DNA from: Lingula anatina
Taxonomy: Eukaryota > Animalia > Brachiopoda
NCBI GenBank assembly: GCA_051362555.1
Contig: CM120641.1
Coordinates: forward strand, 10,540,001 to 10,604,000
Length of the DNA stretch: 64,000 bases
Direction: 5' to 3'
Position numbers and translations under genes: made by a program. The notes under the pieces were generated by a model. That model was given only the letters and a program-made list of their open reading frames with translations. It did not search any database and had not been told where the DNA came from. Position 1 is the first letter of the stretch. Each line of letters begins with the position of its first letter. Of the stretch, positions 25,530-39,361 are shown one piece after another.

Positions 25530-26509
25530 TCAGCTTTTTGGGGCCTGGGTTGTTTTTCCTTCTCCTACTGTATTGTTTGTTGCTGTATCTGTCTTTCCAG
25601 CTGTAAATAAAATGTTTCCATGCAATAACATCAGTAGGAAAATGTCTGCCACAAGTGAGAATGCATTGTACAATCTCAAACTGGCTGGTGTTTGAAAAGT
25701 TAAAGGGATGACAACTCTTCAATTTGGCAGGAAATGTGCCATGTATATCAAATATTCCTTTTATGTATAGGGCAATTTCCCCATTCTTACCAATGGTTTA
25801 TGAATTTATTCCAACATTCAAAGTTAATAGATTTGGATTTTTTTAAAGAGTATGTTTTTAATTATAATCTTTTAAGAGATTACTTTAGAGGGCAGCAATC
25901 AATAACCGTATGTCCTGGCAATATCCGGATTTTACTATTATAGTAACTGCTGATTTGGTGGTAAAATGCAATTTCTCATATTTTTATGTTTTTGTTTACA
26001 ATTTATTTATTGAGAAATTTTGAATCTCATAAAAAAGTTGCAATCCCTTTTAAAAATCATTTGTACAAAATTTAGACAAAAATCAACATGAAAACATGAC
26101 TCAACAGTATAATTAATTTAATATTTAAGTGTGACTGTAATTAATTTCATAAACGAATTTTAAAAATACTAAGTTACAATTTCAGATAATCATGATTCTT
26201 ACCTTTTGCTTGATTTTTTTTATTTTCATTCTGCTGTTGTAAATGCAGTAAATACACAAGTAAAATCAATACATTCCATTTAAACATGAAGCTTAAAAGA
26301 TCTTGCCATCTGAAAAAGCGATCTTGATTAACAGGCTCTTTTTTCTTGTATCTTTTAATTTGGGCATAATTTATAGTTTGTGTGTGGAAACGGCTGCAGT
26401 CCTGTTTTCTGCATGTTTCATGTAACCGCACGTACGTACTTCTATGTAACTTAATGCCGCTGTGCAAAACGTATCTTCTAGCACTTGAGATAATCGCCAC
26501 GCGAACCAT
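25530..26509 (-). CDS. Unrecognised 125-aa protein with predicted mitochondrial presequence and a single TM helix, 2 exons
   Basis: Exon 26509-26203 (aacATGg start; AAA G|gtaaga) is in frame with exon 25600-25530 (ttttatttacag|). Protein: MVRVAIISSARRYVLHSGIKLHRSTYVRLHETCRKQ...FFRWQDLLSFMFKWNVLILLVYLLHLQQQNENKKNQAKAGKTDTATNNTVGEGKTTQAPKS*. Confidence 0.55.
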
Positions 26510-26709
26510 GTTTCACCACAGACCAGGGATGTATCTCCTGCCCACAGTCGAGGGTCCGACTCTTTAATCTCGGAAGATCCATTTCGTTTATGTATATACC
26601 TAAGTTCGTAGCTCACACTTGATTGGGTGCCGAAGTCCTTTCCCTGCGTTAATAGTCCAATAATAACTCTTTTTACATACATGTAAATGGCGGGCAGTTG
26701 CTAATCGCA

Positions 26710-29402
26710 ATGTCGCTGATTCATGTGGACAAAAACTCTGCGTCCCAAGCACGAACGACAAAAGCATGTCATTTGATGCCATGTGAAATAGATTACAACG
26801 GCCCTGCAAAAGTTGCTGACTATTTTGATACATCTATACGACATGACCAAGGAACTGGTGAGTTATACTGTAGGCTCGTCAGCATACTACAGTTTGTACA
26901 ATGTACGTAGTTTTACTACAACTACTACGTACTACTACTGCCACTACGATGGCATAAATTTCACATACAGGTGCATGTAGGTAGAGGGTTAGGAGGAAGA
27001 CGGGTCTTTGCTTTTTGACTTCAAAATGTTTTGCATAATCGTCAACCCACCCGATTCTTTTTCCATCTTAGGCCACACTTTTTTATTTTTATGGATGACA
27101 TCCTCTGAGTACCCCAAAATCGGTGCGAGAGGGCGAAAAAAAAAAAAAAAAAAAACAGTCCAAAAAAAAAAAAAAAAACTGCTTAAGTAAAGGAATGCTG
27201 TCAGTACACAGCTGGAAACACAAATTTAACCACAGAAACACGTATCAAACTAACAATATGTCTTTATCCATGCTCTCAAAATATTAAAGCATTGTGAATA
27301 CGTCGTAGAAATGTAAAAAAAGTCATGAATTGATATACTTCATATTACCAAATCTATTTAAGGTTATTTCATGCATTCATTTGGTATAGCAATCAATAAA
27401 ACAAATATCAATCAAACAGTGTGTCTTTATTTGTATTCTCAGAATATTAAAACATTTTGAACACTTCACAGAAATGTTTAAAAAATGATGCAAAGATATG
27501 CTTAATACTACCAAATCTATTAAAGGTCATTTCAGACGATGCCATTTTGTCAACTTCAACTCACACGAAGCAGCTAAACTGTCAGGTGGCCTGTCCGACC
27601 TTCAGCCCACCAAATACCTTGACGCCCTTGTTGACCCTTTTTTCGCTACAGAAAACCTGGTATTAATGTGCTGCTTTATACAGAATGTCACAGAAATGTT
27701 TCGGCCGCCGCCAGCCTTTCGCACAATTGTAAAAAGGTGATATCTCCATGCCCAATATCAATGGCATACCAATCCAAAACGATGGCGCCCGTTCTCTTTA
27801 TGACTTTTATTGTTGTGTAATTTGAAAGTAATCCTAGACATGAATTTGACAGCAAAGTAGCCGCATTTCCACGTGGCGAAAATACGCATGCGCAGAAAGC
27901 TCATTTCCTTGCAAATTCAATAACAACGTTTGCGACAACCGACTTCGTTGGGGGCTGGGGGGGGGGGCTTTTTTTTTTTTTTTTTTTGGAGAACGGGCGA
28001 AAATCCGTGCGCGCGCAGGATGTCATCCATAAAATTAAAAAAGTGTGGCCTTATGTCAAAACTAAGTGATGTGCATGATGACTTTGCGCAGTGTCGCTTC
28101 TTCTCAAATGAATACAGTGATATTTATACAGTTAATGTAACTTTTTTATTTTCTACTGCTTCTCTTTTTAAAGAGCAGCTGGTTAGCTAGTCCTAATGAT
28201 CATCTTTTTATGTTTAAGTGCTGTCTGCAACATTCAGGGGAAGACCTCTGAGTGGAAAAGAAATGCAACTACCAGATGGATACACAGGTAACTAAATAGT
28301 AAATGTAAGGCTATTAAGTTCAGACGGGAATTATATTCTGTTAACCTAACAAAGTGAATTTCAAACTGCTTATTTTTGTACCTTAAAATTTTTTCTGGGT
28401 CAGAGAAGTTTTTCTAGTACGTCTCCTTATTTAATTTTGTAACTGTGAATTGTCGCTGTGAAAGTGACAGCTGGGGGGTAAAACCATTTGTACCCCCAGC
28501 ATTTACCCTTGTGGTACGATAAACAGAAAATTTTTGACTCCTACAGGTCACAAGTGTATTGCCATTGGTAACTCTCTTTGAGCTGGCATAAAACTTCAAG
28601 CTTAAGCAATTTTATTTACGTTTTATGTACTTTTTATGAAAATGTAAATGAGTTCTAAGCATGATTATTTGTGCTTTCTTTGTGCATGATAAGTGCAACA
28701 AAAATTATTTATCATTAATAGTTATCTGACACTGATTAACACATTCGAAGAAAGTTGTCAAATACTTGTGTAAACAAATGCCATTCACGAATTAGATTAA
28801 ACAAGTTATTTGAATACACTATCTTTTATTGTTGCCTAGGGTTACTCTTAAAGGAACTGCACCGACCTTACAGTGAAGAAGAAGAGCGGCACCTGAAGGT
28901 GTCCCATAAATTTGAGCAGTTTACGTATTGGAACCTTGATGCAGAACCAAGTATTAATGATAAGATTCACAAAGCACTGGAATGGACACATATTGCTAAA
29001 ACAGTATGTATTTGTTACTACGCGTAATATGCCTATATAGACTCAAATAACCTTTTATTATAAATTGTTTTGTCATTAGCTTAGGTAATTCACTTTGATC
29101 TTAGGTGAGGTAAGAGAATTGACAATATTTCTTTTACTAATAAGCACTTGGTATGAACAGAAAGATTTAGGCAAGACAACCCCATTTTTTGTTCCAAATT
29201 TTTACCAAGGATTTTTGGAGAGATTTCACATAGTTACTAGGTGTCTAGTAAGATTTCAAATAGTATGTATTGATATTGTCTTGAAAAACTTAATAGAATG
29301 TTGCAGCATATGTTTATTTAATTCTTTTATTACTATTTTTTACAGCTTCATTCTCCTATAGAAAGTCAAGAGAACAGTAATGGTAGTGAGCCTGATAAAT
29401 GA
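26710..29402 (+). CDS. RNASEH2C: Ribonuclease H2 subunit C, 145 aa, 4 exons
   Basis: Exons 26710-26857, 28219-28287, 28840-29003, 29346-29402. Motifs HLMPCEIDYNGPAKVADYF, ATFRGRPLSG, LPDGYTG, FEQFTYWNLD, ALEWTHIAKTLHSPI. Confidence 0.93.
27071..28050. mobile_element. Non-autonomous PIF/Harbinger-type element in RNASEH2C intron 1
   Basis: TIRs GGCCACACTTTTTTATTTTTATGGATGACATCCT / AGGATGTCATCCATAAAATTAAAAAAGTGTGGCC with a TTA TSD on both sides. It contains an internal diverged direct repeat (~27252-27371 vs ~27415-27534). Confidence 0.85.
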
Positions 29403-30454
29403 TATTTAATTGAGACTTTACCAAAATTCTGTACCCGTTAAATGGAAATCTCTCAATGCCAACATTGGATAGAGGCACTATAGGAAGGGCAGGGAGAATG
29501 TATTTACAAGCTTCAAAGTTTCCTGGCTGTAAGTGCTGGAGAAGACTTATCCAGGAATTGAAAAAAAAAAAAATGGGCAGTGTGTTCGCTATCAAGAAAA
29601 TATTCTGACCCCTTGATAAGGCAGCAGTTTTCTTTTAAGCTGCAGGATTTGGATGGGCCTGAACTTACAGGGAGTAGATGTCCATTACACAGAGTGAAAT
29701 GTGTGACTACTTTTCCATTAAAGAAGACTATCGCAAATATGTATAACAAAGAATAATTACAGGTTTAATCTTTATTTTTCATATCAGTATTAACTAAGGG
29801 TTCTAAACAGGCATATTTTTTAAAAATACTTCTGTAGATGGGCAAAAGAATTCTTCAGTGTTGAACTTAACATGTAGACTTCACTTTGTTTTGATTGTAG
29901 CTCATTTACGTTTAGTACGTGTCTGCATGTTACAAGAATCAGACACCTCTAATAAGCACCATTCAATAAAGCAGGATTTAAAAAATCCATGTCCTTGTGA
30001 CCACATAAGATCTACATTGCATTATGTAATAAATGCCAATACATATACATGATGTATTGCCTAAACTTGATATGATCAATAATAGGGAGAAAAGACTAGA
30101 GATGCCACATGTAATTTTTTTTTTTGAGAAAATAAATGTTTATGCCTTTCAAAAGAATGTTTCTGTTGCAGGTGCTGTATACCAGCAGCCTCAGCTGTAC
30201 TTTGATATCATATAAAATGTATATTCCATTCTATTATTACAAAATGAAGTTCTATCCAGTTTCATCACTTATGGTTGGAAGACCAACTGCATGTCATAAT
30301 AGTAACAATATATATAAATGCCAGATAAATGTGTCAATATGTAACAGAGCACCATTATATGTCAGAAATCTATGTACACTACAATATTTCTATTTCTCAA
30401 AAGAATCGACATGCCACAGATATGCTAAACACTAACAAAGAGCACCATGTATGA

Positions 30455-31161
30455 TTTTGCATTCAAACAAAATATAATGCAAACTATACACTAAGATTAC
30501 ACATTATACAAACATTAAACAAATCAATTTGATGACACATCGACAAGATAGATGGTGAAAGATGGTTTAAAAATTATTTTAAAAAATTTGCTCAAGAACA
30601 GGTATGGTTTGTCTGTTCCCAATTTCTTGATTTTCTGGTCAACCACCTGTAGATGGTCTCTGCACAGATAATTTTAGCATGGCAGTATTTTGTATGAGTA
30701 AACCACGAGCCAACTTACGTAAAACTTAGATAACATATACAGTGGGAGAAAGATAATCTACCTCAACTATTAAACATGGAATTCTGGTCTTTCATCATGA
30801 AACCTAATGGTGAAGTGTCACATAAAAGGTGATGCCCTTGGCTTTCAGAGACCAACATGCTTCACTTTACATTGGATTAAGGCGCATCACTATCAAAGAG
30901 CATTTTGCATTCAAACAAAATATTATGCAAACTTTAGATCTTAGATTGCACGTTATGCAAACATTAAACATAACAATTCAATGACACCTAGGCAAGATAG
31001 ATGGTGGAAGACGGTTTTTAAGTTCTAAAAAAAAAAAAAAAAAATCAGGCTCAATTTCTTGGTTTTCTGGTCAACCATCTGTACACACAGTTTGCACACA
31101 GTTCATTGAACTATGACAGTATTCTGTATGAGCAAACTTACATAAAATTATTAAACAGCGA
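30455..31161. repeat. Diverged tandem duplication (period about 450 bp) between the 3' ends of RNASEH2C and senju
   Basis: TTTTGCATTCAAACAAAATAT..ATGCAAACT...CAAGATAGATGGTG...TTTCTGGTCAACCA...AGATAATCTACCTCAA occurs at ~30455-30766 and ~30903-31162. Confidence 0.8.
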
Positions 31162-32798
31162 GAAAAAGATAATCTACCTCAAAGTTTAGATATAACAAAC
31201 ATAATGACTAAATTACTAAGAAAACTAAAAATGACCTGGTTAGGAATCAGATTGTGAATTATAAACCAATGTTAAAGTAAGTCACATAACAATAAAAACT
31301 TGGATACTTAAAAATTTTTATACAGCGGTAACATGTTACAAACCTCTGCATAACCCAGTAATGAACACTGAACAACACCACAAACTGTACCATAGCTTCT
31401 GTGAATTTAAACCAATCATGATTTTCAAACTCAACCTCACTTTTAATCAAACAAAGCATCCCATTAAATTCAAATAAAACTGAAATATAGTTTGGCACTT
31501 AAAGGGAGAGTTTCAAAAACTACATGCAAATAAAAGTAAAATAGTTTTTTTAGAAAGTTTAGAAAAAATTATCCAGTCATGAAGATTTTAAGGTACTTGC
31601 CTTTCTATTAAAGAAAACTATACTGGTCAGAACTTAAGAAAAACAAAATTATATACTTTGAAACTAAGAGAGTGAATGTCACCAAGATACATAGAAAAAT
31701 CAACAACTATTGTGAAAATAATCTTATTATGCTGATTTTTTAAACAAAGCCACCCAGAAATTCAAAGTAAAAAAAAGATTGTTTTGTATACATGGTTAAC
31801 AGATGTGTTGCACAGATTTATGTATAATTTGTAACAACGAGGGCAGACAGAATAAGAATATATTCAAACACATATAATGTATGTCTTTAAAAATAATTAG
31901 GACATTGTTAAGCACCTACTCTCTGTCAAGAAAATAAGAAAAAAAAAATACCATAGATTTTGTGATTAGATAGATTAAAAGGATACCAACTGTTCATTTT
32001 GTCCAAAAAATTGTCATGTTGTCTGATGACAAGCACAGATTTCAGAATAAATGCTTAACACTGTCGTTTTTGTGATAGAATAGAATATTTTATATTTCTA
32101 CGAGTTGTTTACAATTTATTTATTGTGAAATATAGATCTCATACGCATGGTTGTTATCCCTTTAATCTTACAGTGCACTTTCAAAATTTACATCGTGTTA
32201 CCTATACCCACAGAAATTTCTCAATCAAAACTTGTTTCATCGTGTGTATATATATCAGATCAAATGTTTCAATACATTCATTACATATACATACAAATAC
32301 TTGTAAGTATGTTTTTAAAATATTAGCAGTACTCCAATTTGCCCCTGATAAGATCAACTTGGCACTGCTAAGTGATCAAATAAATTATTTGATTATCATA
32401 CTGCATCCATGTTAACCCAGATTGGGTTATAGGTTGTAAAACCTTCCAAACTAGGTTGAAATATCTGAAGGGAGGTAAATTTTATAATGTTGTAGAATGA
32501 ACTTTCACTGGACCATGATAATGCTCTTCAACTGCTATATTTACCCTAGGAGTTACATATATAATTCAAAAAGAGAAAACATGATTTTAATATATATGTT
32601 AGATAAATATGGAAGACATAAAAATATAACTTAATTTCCCAAAAGTTTCAGATTGTTGGCATATTTACTTAATTAATTTTTTGCAGTTTTAGTGCTACAG
32701 AATTGTGATACACTTGTACTACTAACAAATCAAAATTCAAAAATGGTAAGTTAATTGTATGTTATATCAAAAAATTATATCATACTGTTGCAAAAAAT

Positions 32799-35700
32799 TT
32801 AAACCTCTGATTGTTTATTATTTGTTTCAGATACTTCTACAGATTCTTCAGTATTGTCTGGATCATTTTTAGCTCTATTGACAACTGGATTTCTTGAATA
32901 CAACAATAGAGATGCTGATACAATCAAAATGGCAACAACAGTATAGGCATTAATGGCAATACCAAATATAATCCAACAAAGCACAGCAGTAAACATTAAT
33001 TCTAATGCACTTGCAAAAGTCTTCAATATGGAGTTCAAAGACTTTAGAAACAGACTTGTTACAATGCCGATCCCAGCCCCATTTAGTATTATTGCCAGAA
33101 CTTTCCAGTGGAAGACACTTGCAAGGCTGTCTGGCTTAAAAGCAGTAAGAAGATTTCCAGTACAGGCAAGTATGATGATGTTGCAGATGATAGAATCAAT
33201 GTACATAAAAACATTTTGCAGCATTAAATGTATATTGCACCCTTTATCTTTCAATAAATACTCATTGTACACCCCTGCAAAACAGGAACAAAATACTTGC
33301 AGCAGTATGAGAACGATGCTTGCATTGATCTGCAGCCAAGAAGACTGGCCCCCATGCTGCACTGTATTGCGTGAAGATACATCATGTTCCACTTCTTTGA
33401 CTACACATCCAACAGTCAGCATAAGCATGGACATCCATTGAATCACACTCAACTTTTTCTTGAAAAGGACCTGAAGGAAAAGATTAAAAAATCTTTAGTT
33501 ATGAGGCTGCATGGTGTTCTACATTTTTAAATCTAAAACACCAATGTTAAAAGCAACCGATTATTACTTTACTTATTTATTTATTATTAACCTATAATAA
33601 CTGAATAATTGATACAAAAGATTTCAGCGGAATGATGAAAACCACCATTAAAGACCAGCATTAAGACTTCAGCATTATTCTTTATAAAAAATGTATGTAT
33701 TAGAAAAAAATTTCACCCTTATCTCCAGTTAGTAAGCACGATTCTAAAAAGCTGCTTTTCCATCTATGAGTTATAACTTTAAAGTAAATGTCTGGGGGTC
33801 ATTTATTATTCATAGTCCAAACAGGTCATGGTAATCACACTCAAATTTCAAACATCATGCTCTTATGGATAATAATATCTTGCAATTAAAAAAATTAGGA
33901 TTGTATAATATAATATAAATTAGCATAATGCATTAATTAATATTAGATCACAATTTAAATGTGGTTAAAGGGAAGTTTGGCGGCTGAGTCAAACGTTGTT
34001 TTATGGCGACGGTCTATAACAACGTCTGCACTATGTTGTTTGGGAATTATTTATAAAATAAAGTCTTTTCAGGCGTAAAAGTTACGTAATTTGGCACTGT
34101 CACAATTATTCAATTTTAGCTTGTAAAATTACTTCATTTCATTTTTTTAGAGGGATTCACAATAAAAGCAGCCGGCATCGGCCAAATTTCGAACATCATA
34201 CTTGTGTTAGTCACTTTAATGCTTTTTCTACTCTTCTGACACCCTATTGAACTTGTTTCGATCAATGAGACATAAATGAGCATAATGATATTTGGTACAT
34301 TGAGGATACTTAAAATACATAATTAACAAGAGCCCAATGCAAAAATCATACTTAAACTCCATCAACTCTTTTAAGTTTTCAGTGTCACTGGTATGAACAT
34401 CTTTTAAGATATGATTATTCCTGATATTCTATAATTTTAAGCCTAATTTTAATGGGTTTTAAGTTACTCTAAAAACCCATTAAAATTATTTAAATCCAAA
34501 CCACATTTTTCTTATCAAAATTAAATCAGCAATATTTCTGGAAATTTAATAAACCACTTATGTTCAAATAATGCAACAAATTAACCAATATAAAACCAGC
34601 TCCAACTATCTAGGGTAATATATATTCTTGATTTTCATCTCCTAACTTTCTTAAATCTAGGACACATTAAACTAGTTTGATGTGCACTAGCTTTAATACA
34701 TTTAATATACTTAGTTCCATTCATGTATGCATAATACATGTGAAAAAGCTGCAAGCATTTGTTTCTAAATACCCGTTTTTATTTGATTTTTATGTAGATT
34801 TCTTTTTATTCTCATAAGATACTGTACATATGTGAATAACTTTTGGTTGCAATGATTTTCAGAGTCTTTTTACAAACTTATTTAAAAATAATAATATGAA
34901 TCAAATTACATTTTTGTCACAAAATGTTATAATGTAACTTGTAATTGACCTGTTAGTTTTGGCACTGCAGTGCATTTATTTAGTATTCATTACTTGTGCC
35001 TTTGTATGTCCTGTATCAGTTCTTCATTTTGGGTTCATCCAAGCATGAATTTATAAATGGCAAAGTAGTCCAAAATTCTCAACAATTCTAATCACTTTGA
35101 TCCAAAAGGGGTGGCAAATTGACAAAAAAAAGAGCTATTACAATTCAAACCTCTACTGAATAATTTACAAGCTAGCACAAGACTGTCTCAATCTATTGTA
35201 TGGACCACTCACCTGGAAGACCACCCCAGTGACTACCACTCTGAACTGGAGTAAGAGGAAATAGGTGGTTGGATCATAAGTGGCCAAGTTGACAAAAGCC
35301 AGGTTATTATACAGGCAGTAGAGAGCCGAGGGCACAAAGTACAGAAGGAACACTAAATAAATAAAAAAAGCATTTGTGATAAAAACCTGTATATATCTCT
35401 GAGATATGACAGTGACATGCTCAACTCTGCAAACAGTATCATCTGTTTCTTCAAAAGCTTCATGTAACTGAACTCAAACTGTATCAGTGTAATACATGAG
35501 AGTAGATATTCACATTTGTTGTACAAGTAAATATTACAATATTTCAGTGAATTTTAACAAGATGTAGTGGTTAAGTAATTATTGGAACGGGAATTTTACC
35601 TTGGTAATTTTTTGCCACTTCAAGAAACATGCCCTTGAGAGGTTTACTGGTAATAGAAAATATAATTTTTCTATGAAAACACAAATGTAGCAATGTAATT

Positions 35701-36530
35701 TTATGCAGTAAGTTTTTTTAACCCTTCTTTGGAATGGAAATAACCATATTACATGTATTTTCCACAGCTCTATTCTTAAAATACTTTATGAGCTTTATTA
35801 AGCAATAAAACAATCATGTTAAATACTGAAAAAATAAGTACATATACAAAAAAGTGTTTGTTATGAGAAGATTACTTACTCTTTCAAATACAGAATTAGT
35901 GCAAGAACTAACTTGCAGCACTCGGTCAACAGAACTACTGTGACTGTATTATACATGTACTTATTATCTGACGTCTTTGATGCTGTAACCAGGATGCCTA
36001 CAATAAATATATGTATATCTCAGGTTTGCAATTTATACACTGCACTTTTTAATGTTCATTTGTTTTGTTTTCGTTGTTATCTTATTTTACTTTATTTTTA
36101 ATAACACTTTGCATAACATTCATCAAGTTTCACTTTGGAATTGACGTTTACAGTCTTCCTGGCCGTCTTGGACTGAGATCCCAGATAGTTTTGTCTTTAA
36201 ATAAATACGCAACTTAGTAATGTAAATACCTAGTTCTAATAAAGTGTCTCAGTTCAACACATAACGTTAAGGATCTCTAACAATTTGACGTTCACATGTT
36301 GATGGAAGTGATGGAAGTTGAAGTTGATCATGTGTATCCTGTAGCAATGCAGGGGAACTTGCGCATTTACTTTACTTAAATTTGGGGAGCGTATCTCATA
36401 TATTTTGCCATATAGAACATCATGTCTACTTACCCTGATTTATAAATAACGCCATGTATGTTATAAAAACAAAAAAACTTAATTTAGTGGGAAATAAATC
36501 CCCAGAGCACCATTCTCCTGTTCCTCCCAT
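32799..36530 (-). CDS. senju: UDP-galactose transporter senju-like (SLC35A nucleotide-sugar transporter), 357 aa, 5 exons
   Basis: Exons 36530-36434, 35997-35880, 35646-35600, 35352-35213, 33470-32799. Motifs DLFPTKLSFFVFITYMALFINQGILVTAS, YNTVTVVLLTE, YFVPSALYCLYNNLAFVNL, SCFAGVYNEYLLK, LNSILKTFASALE. Confidence 0.92.
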
Positions 36531-36855
36531 TATCCTGCCTGCGAAATAAGCTTTTCTTGGTAAACATCGCACTCTAATGCTGTACATCTTACCAAAATGT
36601 TACCGCTTAAATTTACTCTTTGAGCTACATGCATAGCTTATACAGAGATGTAAACTGTGGCAATTCTGCAACGTGTATCTGTAGTGTCCCATTTTCTTAT
36701 CTTTCTTATCGTGTGGGATTATTAGTTCAATTTGTTTCCATTGACCATGAACGCGCATTTCATACTACTTCCGGTTTCAAGCGACGGCGTCTTCCTATGA
36801 TATCACTGTTATTATATTAAAATCCTATCGAAGTTCATAACAAAATACATAGAAT
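36531..36855. promoter_or_regulatory. Bidirectional promoter between senju and POLR2I
   Basis: The divergent start codons are only 325 bp apart, with an ETS-type ACTTCCGG at ~36767-36774. Confidence 0.7.
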
Positions 36856-39361
36856 ATGTACGAACATCATGATGATGGCCCGGGTTTTGTCGGGATAAAA
36901 TTCTGCCAAGAATGGTAAGTAAATTAGATCTATGCCTCAAAATAAGCATTGTTCTACGACGTTAATAATATCACATTAACAGCAGTGATACGACTCGAGT
37001 GAGTACAATGGTGGTTTGCCTCTGCCGGCCGGCCAATATTTTCAAAGACGGCTGGACAGCTTGTGAATGCATCCAGTTTTATTTGATGATTAAAAAAGTT
37101 TGCTTCATCTTACACCAAGGGACATTTCCTATTGATTATAACAATTTTAAGGTTTAGAATAATGTATGGGTCATTCTAGCATGTAAATAATCAGATGATA
37201 AGTGTTTTGTAAGTCTTTTTGTGGAGTCATGTGTAGAACAATTAAACATGTCATTTGTACTCTTAATTTTTTAATAATTGTATTTCATGTTTTGTAGCAA
37301 TAACATGTTGTACCCCAAAGAAGACAAAGAGAATAAAATCCTAGCATATGCAGTAAGTATTTTTTTAAATTAGCAGGTGGTTTATGGTCAAACACTAATT
37401 TACTGGTTTCACGATTTGGCAAGTCTTTTTGATGTCATTAGCACATACCATGTTTTAAGTATTCCCATTTCCTTTTACACTTCCATACAAGATATGCGAG
37501 ATTCCTTACACATCAAATTTTCTTGTGAACAAAATACATTCAACCACATGGGTTTCAGGATATATACATATATTTTTCAGTAACACCAACACATTTTTCT
37601 CTCACAATATTTCATTAATGTTCATTTTTATTTTAGTGTCGAAATTGCGACTATCAGCAAGAGGCAGACAATCCATGTATATATGTGAACAAAATTACAC
37701 ATGAAGTAGAGTAAGTTAGTGACGTCTTAGAATTTTGTGTATATTTTGTATACCATAATAATGTGACAATATCTCAATTAAATTAGTTCCATGAGAGAAT
37801 AGAATAGACAAAAATAGCAAATAAACCATTGTTTGTAGTGTTACTTGTATGACATAAAAAATTCCCTTATTTTCAGTGAACTTACTCAAATCATAGCTGA
37901 TGTTATAGCAGATCCAACACTTCCTAGAACAGATGACCACCCTTGTCCTAAATGTGGTCATAAAGAAGCGGTTTTCTTCCAGTCACAGACAACTAAAACA
38001 GAGGTTTGTCTTTAATTTTGTAATTTTGCTACACCTCGCCAATTATCTGCCCTATTTCTCGTAAAAGCTCAGCGCCTCGTACTTTATCTATACCTTGAAG
38101 TAAATTGAATATTTGAAGCAGTCCCTAGTTCTCAAAACTCGAGAAGTGTTTAACAGTTCAGTTATATATTTTTTATTTTTCATAAATCCCATTTTACTTA
38201 AATCAACCCTTGTATGGATCAGTTTTATTCTTTTTAAAATTAATACATGGATTGATTAGGTTACCATTGTGCCTACACCATTAAATTTCTTGATGCTGCT
38301 TATTTAAATAAGTTTTGGATATAAAAATAATAATAAAAGCAGGCCTTTCTTCAAAAACATGCAGCAATAAAGTAAAGCTGAAACAGTAATAACTGGACTA
38401 GTTATGAAATTATAAAAAATGCCAACTCCAAGTGCAGGGATCAGGGGCCGGTTTCACAAAGCAGTAGTTAGTTAGAACAACTAACTACTGAACTACCTCG
38501 CTAACGAGCAAACTTAGCGATTTTCGAGGGGTGTTTCACAAAGCAGTAGTTAACTTATCGCTAAGTTCAGTCGTAAAGTTCGGTCGCTAGTTCTCTCGTT
38601 ACTCACCGTAGTCTCGAAACCGTCTGCCGGAAGTGGAACTCTTGCGTAAAAGTGTCACGAAAGCACTAACTCTCCAATTTTTGGTGGCTGGAAATGCATA
38701 AGAACGTCTGCCTTGAGGTCGTCGTAAAGGATCTCCACCACCTTTTTGCAGCTCTTTTTGTCACAGCTAGGCGCAACCTCTCTTAAATTGCATCATCGTG
38801 TGTATATTCTAATAGATTCTGCCTTTCATGAAAACGTCGTAGTCTACGTTGCCGTCTGGCGGTACGGTTAGCAAGAAAGGTAGCCGCCATATTGGATACA
38901 AAGACAAACGACAGACAACGGTAACTAAGCAACCTTTTTATTTCACTCATTACGCATGCGTACGATGAAACTCTAGAGTAAGCGACTGGTCTGACCAGTC
39001 GTTAAATATCCAAGGCAACAACGAGACAATAACGAGCGAGAGAACTAGTGACTGCTTCGTGAAACGGCACTCTAACTAGCGAGAGGCTAACTACCGATCG
39101 CTAACTAACTACTGCTTTGTGAAACCGGCCCCAGGTGTATATATATATATAGCAATCTAAACAGTAAAACAATCATTCTTAATGTAAAGGTGTTCAATAA
39201 AAATTTAAGACGATAGTATGTTTGTTCTTGTGTGACATTATAGTTGTAAACAAGTATATATTGAATTCATTGTCCTTACTTTTTTTTTGTTCTTATAGCA
39301 AGGGATGCGGCTATACTATGTTTGCACAAATAACAACTGCACTCATAGGTGGACAGAGTAA
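36856..39361 (+). CDS. POLR2I: RNA polymerase II subunit RPB9, 125 aa, 5 exons
   Basis: Exons 36856-36914, 37298-37352, 37637-37710, 37877-38003, 39299-39361. [42 protein letters not shown]...[23 protein letters not shown]...MRLYYVC....HRWTE. Confidence 0.97.
38445..39131 (-). mobile_element. Non-autonomous Harbinger element with a transposase N-terminal remnant, in POLR2I intron 4
   Basis: Perfect TIRs GGGCCGGTTTCACAAAGCAGTAGTTAGTTAG, CAG TSD, and repeated subterminal motifs. The - strand from ATG 38890 reads [40 protein letters not shown]..., resembling the start of HARBI1-type transposases. Confidence 0.85.

Noticed and set aside
26330-26600. Possible Pol III ncRNA on the - strand (TATA-like at ~26595, T-run at ~26335)
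   Set aside because: It matches no snRNA, 7SK, RNase P/MRP or SRP motif I know, and is better explained as exon 1 of the orphan protein gene.
32953-33441. 162-aa ORF antisense to the last senju exon
   Set aside because: It is a shadow ORF on the opposite strand of a real coding exon, with no independent signals.
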